DNA from: a virus
Taxonomy: Duplodnaviria > Heunggongvirae > Uroviricota > Caudoviricetes
Virus record (IMG/VR): IMGVR_UViG_3300006204_000001
Length of the DNA stretch: 64,000 nucleotides
Direction: 5' to 3' (one strand)
Part shown: piece after piece, positions 9,006 to 19,741 of the stretch
How the letters are laid out: each line of letters begins with the position of its first letter
How positions within the stretch are numbered: position 1 is the stretch's first letter
Program-made: the position numbers and the translations under genes
Notes under the pieces: model-generated
What the model was told of the DNA's origin: nothing
Seen by the model: the letters and a program-made list of their open reading frames with translations, nothing else
Databases searched by the model: none

Positions 9006-11345
9006 ATGGCGAGTAAAAAGAATGAATATATTAATGATATTATTAACAAGCTGGAAAATGATATATCTGAAGATGTAGGTAATATGAAAGAAGATGAATT
9101 ATCATCTATATCTGACACATTTACATCTACGCTTACAGATGCTTTAAAATCATTTAATTCATCTGCATTTGATGATGATGGATTTATCAAGAAAATGAGA
9201 GATCTTGATATTGATTCAAAAGAAAAAGATTTAGTTAAAAATGTATTACATGGTGTAAAAGATGATTATATTAATGCAGATGCAATTAATCAATCCGAAT
9301 TATTATTAAGACGTGATATTACTAATATCACTCAACAAATGCCTGAAATGAGAGATGTTATTAATGTAATACGTGATGGTATTGTTGAATGCGATGTTGC
9401 TACAGGTGGAATATCAAGAAATCTTATATTCGAAAATCATGAAAGTGATTCAGAATCTTATGAGACGCAAACAAAGAAGATGGAAGATACACATAAATTT
9501 CCACGGGCAATAAAGAATTTTATTATTCCAAAAACATTAGAGTCTGGAGAAATGTATGTTCATAGAATACCATATGCAAAAATGTTTGCTGAACTTGAAA
9601 TGTTACGAGATTCTCAGGATCTTAAATTTAAGACATCCAAAAGCAATAATGTAATGAGAGAATTTAAAGAAAGTATTCCTAATTATATTAAAGAATCATT
9701 TCAACCTAGTGTAACATTAAATACTGATGATAATATTAAATATATAATGGAATCAGTTGATCAATATACTAGAATGAATGTATCTACTGATGCAATGGTA
9801 GAAAAGAATAATAGTTCTTATAAAACAACAAGAGATTTTACAAAAGAAAGTATAGGAGCAATATTAGAAAATATAGAAATAAATAATGGTAAATCTGATT
9901 TAATGACGGAATATGGATATCAAGGTTGTAAAGAATTAATACAAAGGGAATATAAAGAATATAGAAAATTGTTAAAAAAAGAAACAACATCTGAAACACA
10001 TTTTATGGAGACTATAAATTCATATGATAATAAAGGTGCTACTAATGGTGGAATGTTTAATAAAATAGATGTGGATGATGTTGATTTTAGAAAATATTCT
10101 GATATTAAAGGCGTATATCTTAGATATCTCGATCCATTAAAAATGATTCCTATAAGACTTGATAGAAGAATTATAGGATATTATTATGCTACAACAACAA
10201 TGGATTTACAAACCACTCCAGCTCAACCAAATGGAATGATTGATATGTCATTCCAAAATTATAAACGAGATAAAGGAATGGTAGATCGTTTAGCAAGTTT
10301 GATAATTAAATCATTTGATAAACAGATGTTAGATAAAAATATTAAACTTAAAAATGAAATAGCTGAAATTATTATGGCACATAAATTCAGTGAAGGTAAA
10401 TTATCATTTATATATATTCCTGAAAATGAAATATCTCGTTTTGTAGTTAATGAAGATGAGAATGGTAAAGGTCATTCTGTATTGGAACCTTCTTTATTTT
10501 CTGCACGTAATTATCTGATGTTAAATATGTATAATATGCTTTATACATTGAATAATAATACTACTCGTATTCATTATTTACGATCATCAGGTTTAAATAA
10601 AAATTATGCTGCACAGATACAACGTACTGTACGTAAATTCCAATCAAGGAGAATTGGTATAGATGATATTTATTCATATCAAGGTGTATTGAATAAAATT
10701 GGTGGTATGGGAGAGATGGTATTACCATCTGGACGTAATGATTATAAAGCATTGGAGACCGATACCATTGAAGCTGTTAATAGACCTATAGATATTGAAT
10801 TCCTTGAACAACAAAGAAGACAAGCATTATCTGGAACAGGTGTTCCACATCTTCTTATTATAAATGCAATAGATGAAGTTGATTTTGCAAAAACATTAGA
10901 GATGGCTAATACAAGATTTCTTTCTACCATATCTTCATACAAGATTGATTTCAATGAACAAATCACAGATATGTATAAATTCTGTATGAAATATGAAACA
11001 GATCTTGAAGATGATATTATCAATTCTTTTAAATTTGCTTTTAAAAATGCAAAAGAAAAAGAATTATCCATTACATCTGATATGATTACCAATTTCAATA
11101 ATCTTGTAGAATTAGCTATGAGTATTTATTATAGAAAGAATGAGATGGAAGATGATAAAGGTAATCCTACTATAAAACAGATGCATCTACGTAGAGAATT
11201 AGCTAAAGAATATTTACATCTTGATTTTGATGTATTAGATGATATAGTTAAGAGAGTAGATCTTGTATCTACAGATGATGAGCTTAATGATAAAATTAAA
11301 GATATATCAATAGAAGATGAAGACTTAGAAGTATTAAAGAAGTAA
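9006..11345 (+). CDS. Portal protein (jumbo-phage type)
   Basis: 779 aa. GEMYV, IPIRLDRRIIGYYY, TRIHYL and SGTGVP...EVDFAK segments resemble T4/phiKZ-lineage portals. Confidence 0.75.
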   Translation: MASKKNEYINDIINKLENDISEDVGNMKEDELSSISDTFTSTLTDALKSFNSSAFDDDGFIKKMRDLDIDSKEKDLVKNVLHGVKDDYINADAINQSELLLRRDITNITQQMPEMRDVINVIRDGIVECDVATGGISRNLIFENHESDSESYETQTKKMEDTHKFPRAIKNFIIPKTLESGEMYVHRIPYAKMFAELEMLRDSQDLKFKTSKSNNVMREFKESIPNYIKESFQPSVTLNTDDNIKYIMESVDQYTRMNVSTDAMVEKNNSSYKTTRDFTKESIGAILENIEINNGKSDLMTEYGYQGCKELIQREYKEYRKLLKKETTSETHFMETINSYDNKGATNGGMFNKIDVDDVDFRKYSDIKGVYLRYLDPLKMIPIRLDRRIIGYYYATTTMDLQTTPAQPNGMIDMSFQNYKRDKGMVDRLASLIIKSFDKQMLDKNIKLKNEIAEIIMAHKFSEGKLSFIYIPENEISRFVVNEDENGKGHSVLEPSLFSARNYLMLNMYNMLYTLNNNTTRIHYLRSSGLNKNYAAQIQRTVRKFQSRRIGIDDIYSYQGVLNKIGGMGEMVLPSGRNDYKALETDTIEAVNRPIDIEFLEQQRRQALSGTGVPHLLIINAIDEVDFAKTLEMANTRFLSTISSYKIDFNEQITDMYKFCMKYETDLEDDIINSFKFAFKNAKEKELSITSDMITNFNNLVELAMSIYYRKNEMEDDKGNPTIKQMHLRRELAKEYLHLDFDVLDDIVKRVDLVSTDDELNDKIKDISIEDEDLEVLKK

Positions 11346-11413
11346 GCAAATAAACCAAGTTTATAAACGTATGACCATACATACTATAATATGAATAAGG
11401 AGGGAAATATAAA

Positions 11414-12097
11414 ATGGGATATCCAAGAGCTCTCGAAGAAGAGAAAATGAATAGTCATTTAAAAAATGTATTAAATCAATATAAAAAGACTATGGATGAA
11501 AAAGGATCTGATTTTAAAGATAATCCTAAGAATGCTCCTGGTAATAATGGTAATCCAAATAATAATGGTGTTATGAAATCACATTTGATGAATTGGACTA
11601 CTATGTTAGAAAATTTATCAGAGGTATCTGAAGATATTACAGAAATAACATCTGATCCATTAAATGGGGTTATGCCAGAAGAAACATCTGAAGTAAATGG
11701 TGATTCCAATGATGCTATAATGGATGAACTTAATAAAATATTTACACCAATATTGATTATGCAATCATATGAAAGCGATGATATGGTTAAGGAAGCATAT
11801 TCAGAAGCATCAGTACTTACAGAAAAAAATATTATTAAGTTTGATGATGAAACAAGAATGGCTCAATTGATTTCTGTATGTGCATTACTTATTGAAAAAT
11901 ATAAGAATTCACCAAGATATCAAACATATCAAAAAGCAGCTACTATTAGGAATCAAACTAAACTTGCAATTGAAAAAGATAATTATGATGATGCAAAATC
12001 TTTAGCAAAGGATTATTTATTAAAAGTATCTACCGGTAATAATAGTTCTATAGCTAGAAAAGCTGCATCAGATTTATTACCTGCTACTCAACACTAA
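11414..12097 (+). CDS. Putative virion protein
   Basis: Long ORF after portal, YSEA/LTEK motifs. Confidence 0.6.
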   Translation: MGYPRALEEEKMNSHLKNVLNQYKKTMDEKGSDFKDNPKNAPGNNGNPNNNGVMKSHLMNWTTMLENLSEVSEDITEITSDPLNGVMPEETSEVNGDSNDAIMDELNKIFTPILIMQSYESDDMVKEAYSEASVLTEKNIIKFDDETRMAQLISVCALLIEKYKNSPRYQTYQKAATIRNQTKLAIEKDNYDDAKSLAKDYLLKVSTGNNSSIARKAASDLLPATQH

Positions 12098-12147
12098 AAT
12101 AATTGTTATACAATTATATTATTATATAAGAAAAGGAGAATATAAAA

Positions 12148-13368
12148 ATGAAACAAACATTCAGAGATTATATGGTAGAAGCAATGTTATTTGAATACTC
12201 AAATGAATATCTTCAGTTATGTATGGAATGTGCAGAAGCAGAAATTATGGATCAGTATATACTTAATCAGATGGTAATGAATGAGTCTATAGATGCACTT
12301 GGAATTGATGATTCTGGTCAGGAAATTTGTCTTACAGAAAGTTTCTTTGCTGAGTCTGTTTCTGAAGAAGATCTTATCGCATTTATTGAATCTAATGAAC
12401 AGAAGAAAGAAAATATTTTTAAGAGAGTTTGGAATTGGTTTAAAACAATCGTTCAAAGATTTACACATTGGCTTGCATCAGCTACCGGGGCACTTACTAC
12501 GGAACAGGAAGCCGTACAGAGAGTAGATGAATTAAATCAGGCATTTGATGAATTATGGGATGAGAATAAAGCTAATAAAGCAGAGGCAGAAGCAAGTAAG
12601 GCTGAACTTGATAATGCTATGAATGAAATAGGTAGATTACGTAATGTATATGCAAATGTTTCTAACCAATTAACGAAAGCGGGAGCTGATCTTGGTAATG
12701 CAAATTCTGAAATTAGAAATCTGAAGAAAAACATTGATGATCTTAAAGACACAAGTAAAGATAAAGATAAGAGAATTAAACAATTGGAAGATCAGAGAAC
12801 TAAACATCAGGAATATACTAAGAAATTACAAGGAAAAAATAAAGATCTCGAGAAATCACTTGAAAAAGAAAAGGGATATAATAATAATCTTAGAGCTAAA
12901 TATGGAGCACTTGTAAAAGAATACGATTCTTTACTTATTAGATTTAGACGTCTTGAGATGGAGTATAAACGATCAAATGCAGTATTTCCTATTAATGAAA
13001 TTATTACGTATTTTAATGATTTTATTAATATATGTAATTCAGAGAATATTAGTGAAGAAGCTGCTAAATCTTTATATACTAAGATTTCTGATGATATTAA
13101 TTCAGATAAAGTTACAAAGATTAAATTAACAACTTTTGAAATGAAGAAATATACTAATAGTCTTAATGATATTAAAAATAAGATTGATACAATAAAGATC
13201 GATAAAAAGAATATCAATGGTGAAGGATATCTAAATAAGACAAATGCATTGATCAATAAAATTGTTGGTAATACAATGGGTGCTATTAGTACAACTAATA
13301 AAGCATTCACAACAATGTCTGCTGCAATGAAAAATGTTACAACTAGTCTTAATAAAAAAATTAATTAA
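12148..13368 (+). CDS. Coiled-coil putative internal head protein
   Basis: N-terminal xxE-S motifs, amphipathic NIFKRVWNWFKTIVQRF helix, long heptad region. Confidence 0.6.
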   Translation: MKQTFRDYMVEAMLFEYSNEYLQLCMECAEAEIMDQYILNQMVMNESIDALGIDDSGQEICLTESFFAESVSEEDLIAFIESNEQKKENIFKRVWNWFKTIVQRFTHWLASATGALTTEQEAVQRVDELNQAFDELWDENKANKAEAEASKAELDNAMNEIGRLRNVYANVSNQLTKAGADLGNANSEIRNLKKNIDDLKDTSKDKDKRIKQLEDQRTKHQEYTKKLQGKNKDLEKSLEKEKGYNNNLRAKYGALVKEYDSLLIRFRRLEMEYKRSNAVFPINEIITYFNDFINICNSENISEEAAKSLYTKISDDINSDKVTKIKLTTFEMKKYTNSLNDIKNKIDTIKIDKKNINGEGYLNKTNALINKIVGNTMGAISTTNKAFTTMSAAMKNVTTSLNKKIN

Positions 13369-13383
13369 TCTGATAATTATATT

Positions 13384-13413
13384 AAAGAAGAGGGATCTAG
13401 ATCCCTCTTCTTT
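13384..13413 (+). terminator. Intrinsic terminator (GAGGGAT/ATCCCTC family)
   Basis: AAAGAAGAGGGAT-CTAG-ATCCCTCTTCTTT; near-identical copy at 34189-34223. Confidence 0.75.
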
Positions 13414-13461
13414 ATCTTTCTTTTTATTCAACTAAAATATATAAAAAGGAGGATAATTATT

Positions 13462-13902
13462 ATGGTTTATGGAACATATTCCGTTGGTAGGGTACAAGAA
13501 GAAAGTATATGTAGATCTTCCAAAGATTATAAATTTACAGATGTTGGTGTATATAAAATACATTCTAATGCATTAATGCCCAATATACCATTTGAAGAAG
13601 AAACTAAACAACCTCAAACTATAGATAGTTCTATATTTTTAAATGATGAAGAAACTAAATTAGAATTTGAAACGAATATAGAGTGTCAAAATTATTTAAC
13701 TGCAAGATACATTGGTAGAGCACCATTAGAATGGTATGATGAAAGTACTGATACTAAATTAGGTAGACAATTTGTATTATTATGTAGAAATGGTAATCCT
13801 AATGCAGATTATAGAGTATTTGGTACAGAAGATGCTATTAGAGGATATAATAAAGATGCAAATGAAAATATTACAATGCCTGGTGGAGGTGAAAAAGTAT
13901 GA
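13462..13902 (+). CDS. Hypothetical (possible baseplate-associated) protein
   Basis: RBS AAGGAGG, overlaps the next gene (ATGA). Confidence 0.65.
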   Translation: MVYGTYSVGRVQEESICRSSKDYKFTDVGVYKIHSNALMPNIPFEEETKQPQTIDSSIFLNDEETKLEFETNIECQNYLTARYIGRAPLEWYDESTDTKLGRQFVLLCRNGNPNADYRVFGTEDAIRGYNKDANENITMPGGGEKV

Positions 13903-14309
13903 GTGATATATTTAACAATATGCCTGATAATACTTATATGGATAAATATATTAAAGATGGAAATAAAGCTATTGTAAATTTAAAACATTTATATGATACT
14001 ATATTAATTCAATATAAAAATAATGAAGATAAATCGTTTAGAATACCATATAATGATTTCTTTTTAAAATATAGAAATCAATTAGCTGATATAGTAGAAT
14101 ATCAACAGATATTACAGACAGAATTTTATCAACCTAAAACAGTTAGTTTACGATTATACGGAACAACAGAATTATGGTTAGCATTATTAAGAATTAATAA
14201 TATGAAAAATATAACAGAATTTCATTATCCTTTAATAAAAGTATATAATGCTAATATGTTAAAAACATTAATAGATACATTTTTTAAACGTGAAAAAATC
14301 ATAACATAA
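13899..14309 (+). CDS. Baseplate wedge protein, T4 gp53/LysM-like
   Basis: PKTVSLRLYGTTELWLALLRINN matches the P..[IV]S..LYG...[LY]W.[IL]L..N pattern. Confidence 0.7.
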   Translation: MSDIFNNMPDNTYMDKYIKDGNKAIVNLKHLYDTILIQYKNNEDKSFRIPYNDFFLKYRNQLADIVEYQQILQTEFYQPKTVSLRLYGTTELWLALLRINNMKNITEFHYPLIKVYNANMLKTLIDTFFKREKIIT

Positions 14310-14328
14310 TAGAGGTTTTAAACCTCTA

Positions 14329-15591
14329 TTATGTTATTATACCAAATTTTTTACTTATTCTATCATAATATAAAGCTCGTAAACTTGAAATAGTGCTATT
14401 AGTTGGATGTATTCTATAAAATTGACCAGCAACTTGTTCTGAAAGTGGTCCTGAATATGAAAGACGATAAATATTACAGTTCATAATCGTCATTAAAGCT
14501 TTTAAAGATTCTACTTCATTACTAGAAAATTTGTTAACATTAACACCTTTCATTTCATTTAATGTAAATTCAGTGAATTGCCATGCTACTGATTTTGATT
14601 TAATTCCAAATGTTGGACCCCATGTTATAAAATCTATTGTTAAATTTTTATTTATATAATTTTTCATATTTGCATTTGTAGAAAAAAACCAATACCTATA
14701 TACATTATCACTATTTTTATCTAATATTAATACATCATTACCGTTGGCACTTGTACTAAAATTATATTGATTTTTATTATCTCTAAATCCATTATTTATA
14801 GTTCCTATATTTTCATAATATTTAAAAGGGGTTACTGTATCAGCACCTATTTTCTTATAACCATAATTACCATTACTATCTATACCAAATGAAAATGGTA
14901 TATGAATATCACTATAATTATTATATCCAAAATATACTTTAGTTTCATTATTATATGAATCTGATAATAAATGAAAAGTATGATTTACATTAATTACTAA
15001 AACTGATGATCCTGGCATAGATGATGCTCTTATTTTAACATTACGCAATATTGCATCACCTGTTATAACAGGTGATCCATTAATATTTTGTAATTTATCA
15101 ATATTATCCTTTATACTTATTCTAGGATATGTATTAGGTGGTCCTATTATAACATCAGTTGCATCCAATGTTCCTGGAAAAGATGTATTACCATTTTCGT
15201 CTAATAAAGTTGCTGTTCTTACTAATTTTTCTGGAACAAAACATCCATAATTTCCTCCTGGTCCATATTGTCTAACATAAATAGGTTCATTGGCATCATC
15301 ACCAGTAGCTATTTCCAAATAGCCATCTCCCGTTGCTGTAGATGATTCAGTATTCTTTCTAAATGATCTGCCAAATATTCTCCAATAATCATTAGTTGAA
15401 CAATTTCCACCTAAACCATATTCTGTAGTTTCTACGCCTTCATTTTCGAAATAAATATTACCTTTTAAACTATCTCCACTTTTATTAACATATACACTAT
15501 CATGATTATGATTAATATTAGCTTTATTCTTTAATTCATTTTTTACTAATCTTATTACTTCTTTAATACCATTATCTTTTAATTGTTTCAT
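14329..15591 (-). CDS. Putative tail-fibre-like protein
   Basis: HNHDSVYVNKSGD and GYLEIATGDDANEPIYVRQY...LLDENGNTSFPG segments typical of Firmicute/Bacteroidota phage fibres. Confidence 0.55.
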   Translation of the reverse strand: MKQLKDNGIKEVIRLVKNELKNKANINHNHDSVYVNKSGDSLKGNIYFENEGVETTEYGLGGNCSTNDYWRIFGRSFRKNTESSTATGDGYLEIATGDDANEPIYVRQYGPGGNYGCFVPEKLVRTATLLDENGNTSFPGTLDATDVIIGPPNTYPRISIKDNIDKLQNINGSPVITGDAILRNVKIRASSMPGSSVLVINVNHTFHLLSDSYNNETKVYFGYNNYSDIHIPFSFGIDSNGNYGYKKIGADTVTPFKYYENIGTINNGFRDNKNQYNFSTSANGNDVLILDKNSDNVYRYWFFSTNANMKNYINKNLTIDFITWGPTFGIKSKSVAWQFTEFTLNEMKGVNVNKFSSNEVESLKALMTIMNCNIYRLSYSGPLSEQVAGQFYRIHPTNSTISSLRALYYDRISKKFGIIT

Positions 15592-15609
15592 AAGTAATTC
15601 ACTCTCCTT

Positions 15610-15662
15610 ATATCTATAATAATTACATTTTATATTATATAAAATGTAATTATTATAGATAT
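15610..15662. repeat. Perfect 53-bp palindrome in a divergent intergenic region
   Basis: ATATCTATAATAATTACATTTTATA-TTA-TATAAAATGTAATTATTATAGATAT. Confidence 0.9.
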
Positions 15663-15717
15663 CTTTAAACGTGTTAGTAAAAAAGTTTTAATCTCATTTT
15701 TGTAAAGGAGATAAATA

Positions 15718-15918
15718 ATGAAAACATGGAATGAAACAGTTAAAGAATCAAAAGAAAATGGAATAAGAGAATATAAAATAAAATTAAAGAAATATTTAGA
15801 TGACTACATAATGAGTGATAAAGAAATAGACAATATAATGCATGATGATATTACTATTAATAACGCAATTAGAAACAATTTGGATCCAGAGTTATTAGCA
15901 TATATATTAGCAATGTAA
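15718..15918 (+). CDS. Hypothetical protein (66 aa)
   Basis: RBS AAGGAG, terminator immediately after. Confidence 0.7.
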   Translation: MKTWNETVKESKENGIREYKIKLKKYLDDYIMSDKEIDNIMHDDITINNAIRNNLDPELLAYILAM

Positions 15919-15967
15919 AAGGAAGGGTTAAATCCCCTTCCTTTTACTGTTTATTAATTGAAAGGAA

Positions 15968-17308
15968 GTGATTATAATAATGATAATACGAAATGTAGAT
16001 ACAAATCCATCACAAGCTAATCCTGATATAAATCTTAAAGGGGTTCAATTTGAAATGAATCCTGGGGCTGAATATGGTGAACACATTACCAATACATCTG
16101 CTATGTGTAATTCATCAGCTATACATACATATGGAAATGTAATTGCTATAATGGAAAAATTTTTATGTTCTGAAGTATTTCCTCCTGATACATTTAAAAC
16201 TATATTAACAAGTACTACACTAGCTAGTAGGCAAGCAAGACATTTACCAAATCAGATGTTAAAAAAAGAATTACCATTAATGGTGTTATCTCCACGAATA
16301 GTATTTGGACAAGGTGAAGATAGATTTATGGGTGGAACATTATTAAACTCTAGACCTAATAATACACATTCTTTTTATGGTTTAGGACAATTAATACCTT
16401 TAGCACAAGATTTGCTAAAGAAAATATGGATACATGGTCATTATAACAGGGCAGTTATGTATATAGATGTGATATTAAATTTCAATACATATTCAGAACA
16501 ACAAAATTGGTTATCTTATTTATATAATATGACACCTATTAACACATGGCAAACTATACGTACGCCGTTAGAATTATATATACCTGAAAATTTTTGTAAC
16601 TTATTATCTAAGGTAGCAAATGTTCCCTTAAGAAATAAAGAGAATAATTCTGTATATAAATTTCTTACCTACTATAATTCTATATCATATCATCCAATTA
16701 CATATAAATTGAATGGTGGATCTAATACAGATGATTTCTTTTTATATTATTTAACAGATTTAGATTATTTTATACAGGAACCGCAATATGATAAAGGTAT
16801 CAAAGATGGACAAATAAGACGTAACTTTGGTATTACATTTACAATAAGATGCGATTTTAATACTATAGGCTATTTTACTCTTAATGCTCCTAAAATAACT
16901 AAACCACTTAAATTAGTTAATAAGGAATATGATACAATTGTACCATTATTATCAGATTATATAGATCTTAATAATTACAATTTACCATTTGGATGGACCA
17001 TATTATCGTGGCCTATATTTAAATTAGAATATGGAAAGAATAGTATATCTATAGATAATGTATTGAATGATTCATTGCGAGCTACTATAGATTATCATCT
17101 TGAACATGGAATACCAATGGAAAAATTTATTATGATACAATTTAGAGAAAATGGAGAAATCGTTACTGATGAATTATATTATATATATTGGAAAGAAAGA
17201 ATGTTAGTACTAGGTAATCCAAATGTACGTAAAACATATAGATTGATAATTTCAGTTTCTATAGATTATATAAATAATTTGATAAAAGAGTTGTATAACC
17301 TTGAGTAG
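15968..17308 (+). CDS. Putative virion structural protein
   Basis: 446-aa ORF, late-type motif upstream; function not recognised. Confidence 0.6.
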   Translation: MIIIMIIRNVDTNPSQANPDINLKGVQFEMNPGAEYGEHITNTSAMCNSSAIHTYGNVIAIMEKFLCSEVFPPDTFKTILTSTTLASRQARHLPNQMLKKELPLMVLSPRIVFGQGEDRFMGGTLLNSRPNNTHSFYGLGQLIPLAQDLLKKIWIHGHYNRAVMYIDVILNFNTYSEQQNWLSYLYNMTPINTWQTIRTPLELYIPENFCNLLSKVANVPLRNKENNSVYKFLTYYNSISYHPITYKLNGGSNTDDFFLYYLTDLDYFIQEPQYDKGIKDGQIRRNFGITFTIRCDFNTIGYFTLNAPKITKPLKLVNKEYDTIVPLLSDYIDLNNYNLPFGWTILSWPIFKLEYGKNSISIDNVLNDSLRATIDYHLEHGIPMEKFIMIQFRENGEIVTDELYYIYWKERMLVLGNPNVRKTYRLIISVSIDYINNLIKELYNLE

Positions 17309-17313
17309 CGCTA

Positions 17314-17325
17314 AACATTGTATTA
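17314..17325 (+). promoter_or_regulatory. Late-promoter-like AACA-N6-TA
   Basis: AACA TTGTAT TA, 45 nt before gene 17370; matches the AR9 late consensus. Confidence 0.45.
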
Positions 17326-17369
17326 ATATTGTAAAATAATATAAATATTATAGAAAAGGAGAGATTACA

Positions 17370-18887
17370 ATGGGAAATATTAAATTTAATGGAACATTGG
17401 GAATCCGATCTATTGTAGAAAATGGATCTGATAATCTTGATAAACACAAAGAACATGGAATGAGTGTTCCTGGTGGTGTAAAAGAGAAACCCAATAATGT
17501 TCCATCAGATCATGCTCCATCTGCAAATAAAACAGAAATTACAGCAGATGAGTATAATAAAGCAGTAAATGATTTACAAAAATCATTTAAAGAATTTGCA
17601 GATATTGCTGCAGCTATTGCTAATCTTAAAATAGTTGATACAAATTCTTTTAATGAAAGTGCAAATAATAATGCAGCAGCATTTCTTGAAGTAGCTATGG
17701 ATAATGCATTCATGGAAGCATACGAAAATGGTGCATTCTTTGAAGCTGTAGAAAGAAAAGATAAGAAAGAAGTAAAAGCAATTGTTGCAAAACTTAGATC
17801 TTCTTTACCAAATTCACTTAAAGAAGATAATATTAAATTTTATAAAACCAATATGGTTGGTAGATTAATATGGGATGTTGTTACAGCACCATCTAATCTT
17901 ATATCAATGCCAGTTCATGATATTAATATAAATATTAATACAATATCAAGGGGTAAAAGTTCATTTGGTACATTCTTATCACAAAGATTGTGGCAGATAG
18001 TTGGTGTTATTAATATTGAAAGTCAAAATATTGGAACTGTGTTAAAGAGATTAAATGAAGAATATAAAGATGAACTCGGAGAGTATAAGATTCTTGCATT
18101 ACAAGTAACTAAAGATTTAGTTGATTTATTTAGAACAAAACTTGGATGGAAGAATGTTAAGAAGTCTTTCTTTATTACAGTAGATAGAAAATTACCTACT
18201 GAAATTAAAGAATTGCAAAATGATGTTTCAGGTTTATTAGCGAAAGCTAAAAATAATAAAAACGAAATCAAAAAAGAATCATATGATATGGAGGATGAAA
18301 CTATGAATGAATTATACAAAGAATATCTTATTAATTTTGCAGAGAGTGGAGTAGAGGGATCTCCATTATCAGCTGATGAATTTATGGAAGCTGTGGAAAC
18401 ATATGAAGAGAGCGGATCTTTAGATTCATTTACTGAGGGTAAATATTATCAGTATAAGAAAATGAGTAAGAGTGCTGGTAATGATGAACCTGCAAGCAGA
18501 AAAGAATTTAAGGATAATTTTAATAAAGTAAAAAATGATATTGATAAAGTATATGATTCAATGAAAGATGTTGCTAAAAAATCAGATAGTAAATTGAAAT
18601 TTCCTTCTAAGTATAAATTTAGAGCTGCCGTCATGACATTAGCTGATTTATCAGAAAAAAATTTGAAAGATAATACTATTAGAAATAAGATTACTGAAGC
18701 ACTTGGTGGATCTGTAAATATTCCTACACCTGCGATTTCAAAAATTAAGCAACTTATTCATGGAGGGTTAACAGAAGAAGATGTTAATGATTTAGGAAAA
18801 AGTATTGGTGAAGCTTTAAGTAATACATTTGGAGAAAGTTCAGAAGTTATTGAACATCTTGGTGACTTTTTGAAAGAAAATGTATAA
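17370..18887 (+). CDS. Putative internal head protein
   Basis: Repeated FNES/FLEV/FMEA/FFEA/FTEG motifs. Confidence 0.6.
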   Translation: MGNIKFNGTLGIRSIVENGSDNLDKHKEHGMSVPGGVKEKPNNVPSDHAPSANKTEITADEYNKAVNDLQKSFKEFADIAAAIANLKIVDTNSFNESANNNAAAFLEVAMDNAFMEAYENGAFFEAVERKDKKEVKAIVAKLRSSLPNSLKEDNIKFYKTNMVGRLIWDVVTAPSNLISMPVHDINININTISRGKSSFGTFLSQRLWQIVGVINIESQNIGTVLKRLNEEYKDELGEYKILALQVTKDLVDLFRTKLGWKNVKKSFFITVDRKLPTEIKELQNDVSGLLAKAKNNKNEIKKESYDMEDETMNELYKEYLINFAESGVEGSPLSADEFMEAVETYEESGSLDSFTEGKYYQYKKMSKSAGNDEPASRKEFKDNFNKVKNDIDKVYDSMKDVAKKSDSKLKFPSKYKFRAAVMTLADLSEKNLKDNTIRNKITEALGGSVNIPTPAISKIKQLIHGGLTEEDVNDLGKSIGEALSNTFGESSEVIEHLGDFLKENV

Positions 18888-18900
18888 ATAATATAAAAAA

Positions 18901-18930
18901 TAATAGAGAGGGATAAAACCCTCTCTATTA
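18901..18930. terminator. Bidirectional terminator
   Basis: TAATAGAGAGGG/CCCTCTCTATTA between convergent genes. Confidence 0.75.
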
Positions 18931-19566
18931 TTAATATTTTTTATTTTTCATATCAGCTATATCATTCAATATCTTTGATTTTAATTTTTCAAAGAATTTA
19001 TCTTCATATAATAATAACTCTGGTTTATGCTTTAAAATCATAATAATTATTTTGATAAATGTATTTATGGTTTCTGCATTATTTAAAGGTGAAATAGGAG
19101 CTATAGTTCCGATAGTCCTATTATAATAAACACTATCATTGCAAGTTTCTTTAAGATATTTATCGATTATTTCATCTTCTGATAAATTTCTTTCTTCTAC
19201 AGATAACATTAATCTTCCATCTACAAGTTTACCAAATGAATCATCAATTTGTATTTTTTTGAATATATCATTTTCATCTATTAGTTTAATCATGTATTCA
19301 TCAAGATCAATAAGTATTTGATGTACATGTGCTAAATCATCTAAATCAACATGAAATTCATCTGATATTTCCTCTTTATGTTTTCTTAATATTACTGATT
19401 TTCTGCCATTTGCTGCATCAATATATTTTTGTATATCTTCAGGTGGAACATTTAATACTGGTGGATTTGTTTTATCTTCAAATGGTGTATTATCCTTTAT
19501 TATAGTTTTTACTATAGGATAATATTTTTTCTTTTTGAATAAATTTAATATTGGATTCTTAAACAT
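18931..19566 (-). CDS. Hypothetical protein
   Basis: ORF with RBS. Confidence 0.7.
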   Translation of the reverse strand: MFKNPILNLFKKKKYYPIVKTIIKDNTPFEDKTNPPVLNVPPEDIQKYIDAANGRKSVILRKHKEEISDEFHVDLDDLAHVHQILIDLDEYMIKLIDENDIFKKIQIDDSFGKLVDGRLMLSVEERNLSEDEIIDKYLKETCNDSVYYNRTIGTIAPISPLNNAETINTFIKIIIMILKHKPELLLYEDKFFEKLKSKILNDIADMKNKKY

Positions 19567-19735
19567 CTAAAAATCTCCCTTCTTTTAATTTTATTATAGA
19601 TGCATATCTTTTCTTAATTTGATTGATAGTTATACCATTACTTATTAATGCTTTGAATTTACCAGTTTTTTCTTTTATTCGTTCCTCTAATCTACGCTTT
19701 TCTCCCATTATATCTCTTACTTCATATTCTATCAT
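19559..19735 (-). CDS. Small basic protein (58 aa), not in ORF track
   Basis: MIEYEVRDIMGEKRRLEERIKEK..., RBS AAGGAG, overlaps the next start. Confidence 0.55.
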   Translation of the reverse strand: MIEYEVRDIMGEKRRLEERIKEKTGKFKALISNGITINQIKKRYASIIKLKEGRFLDV

Positions 19736-19741
19736 GATTAT

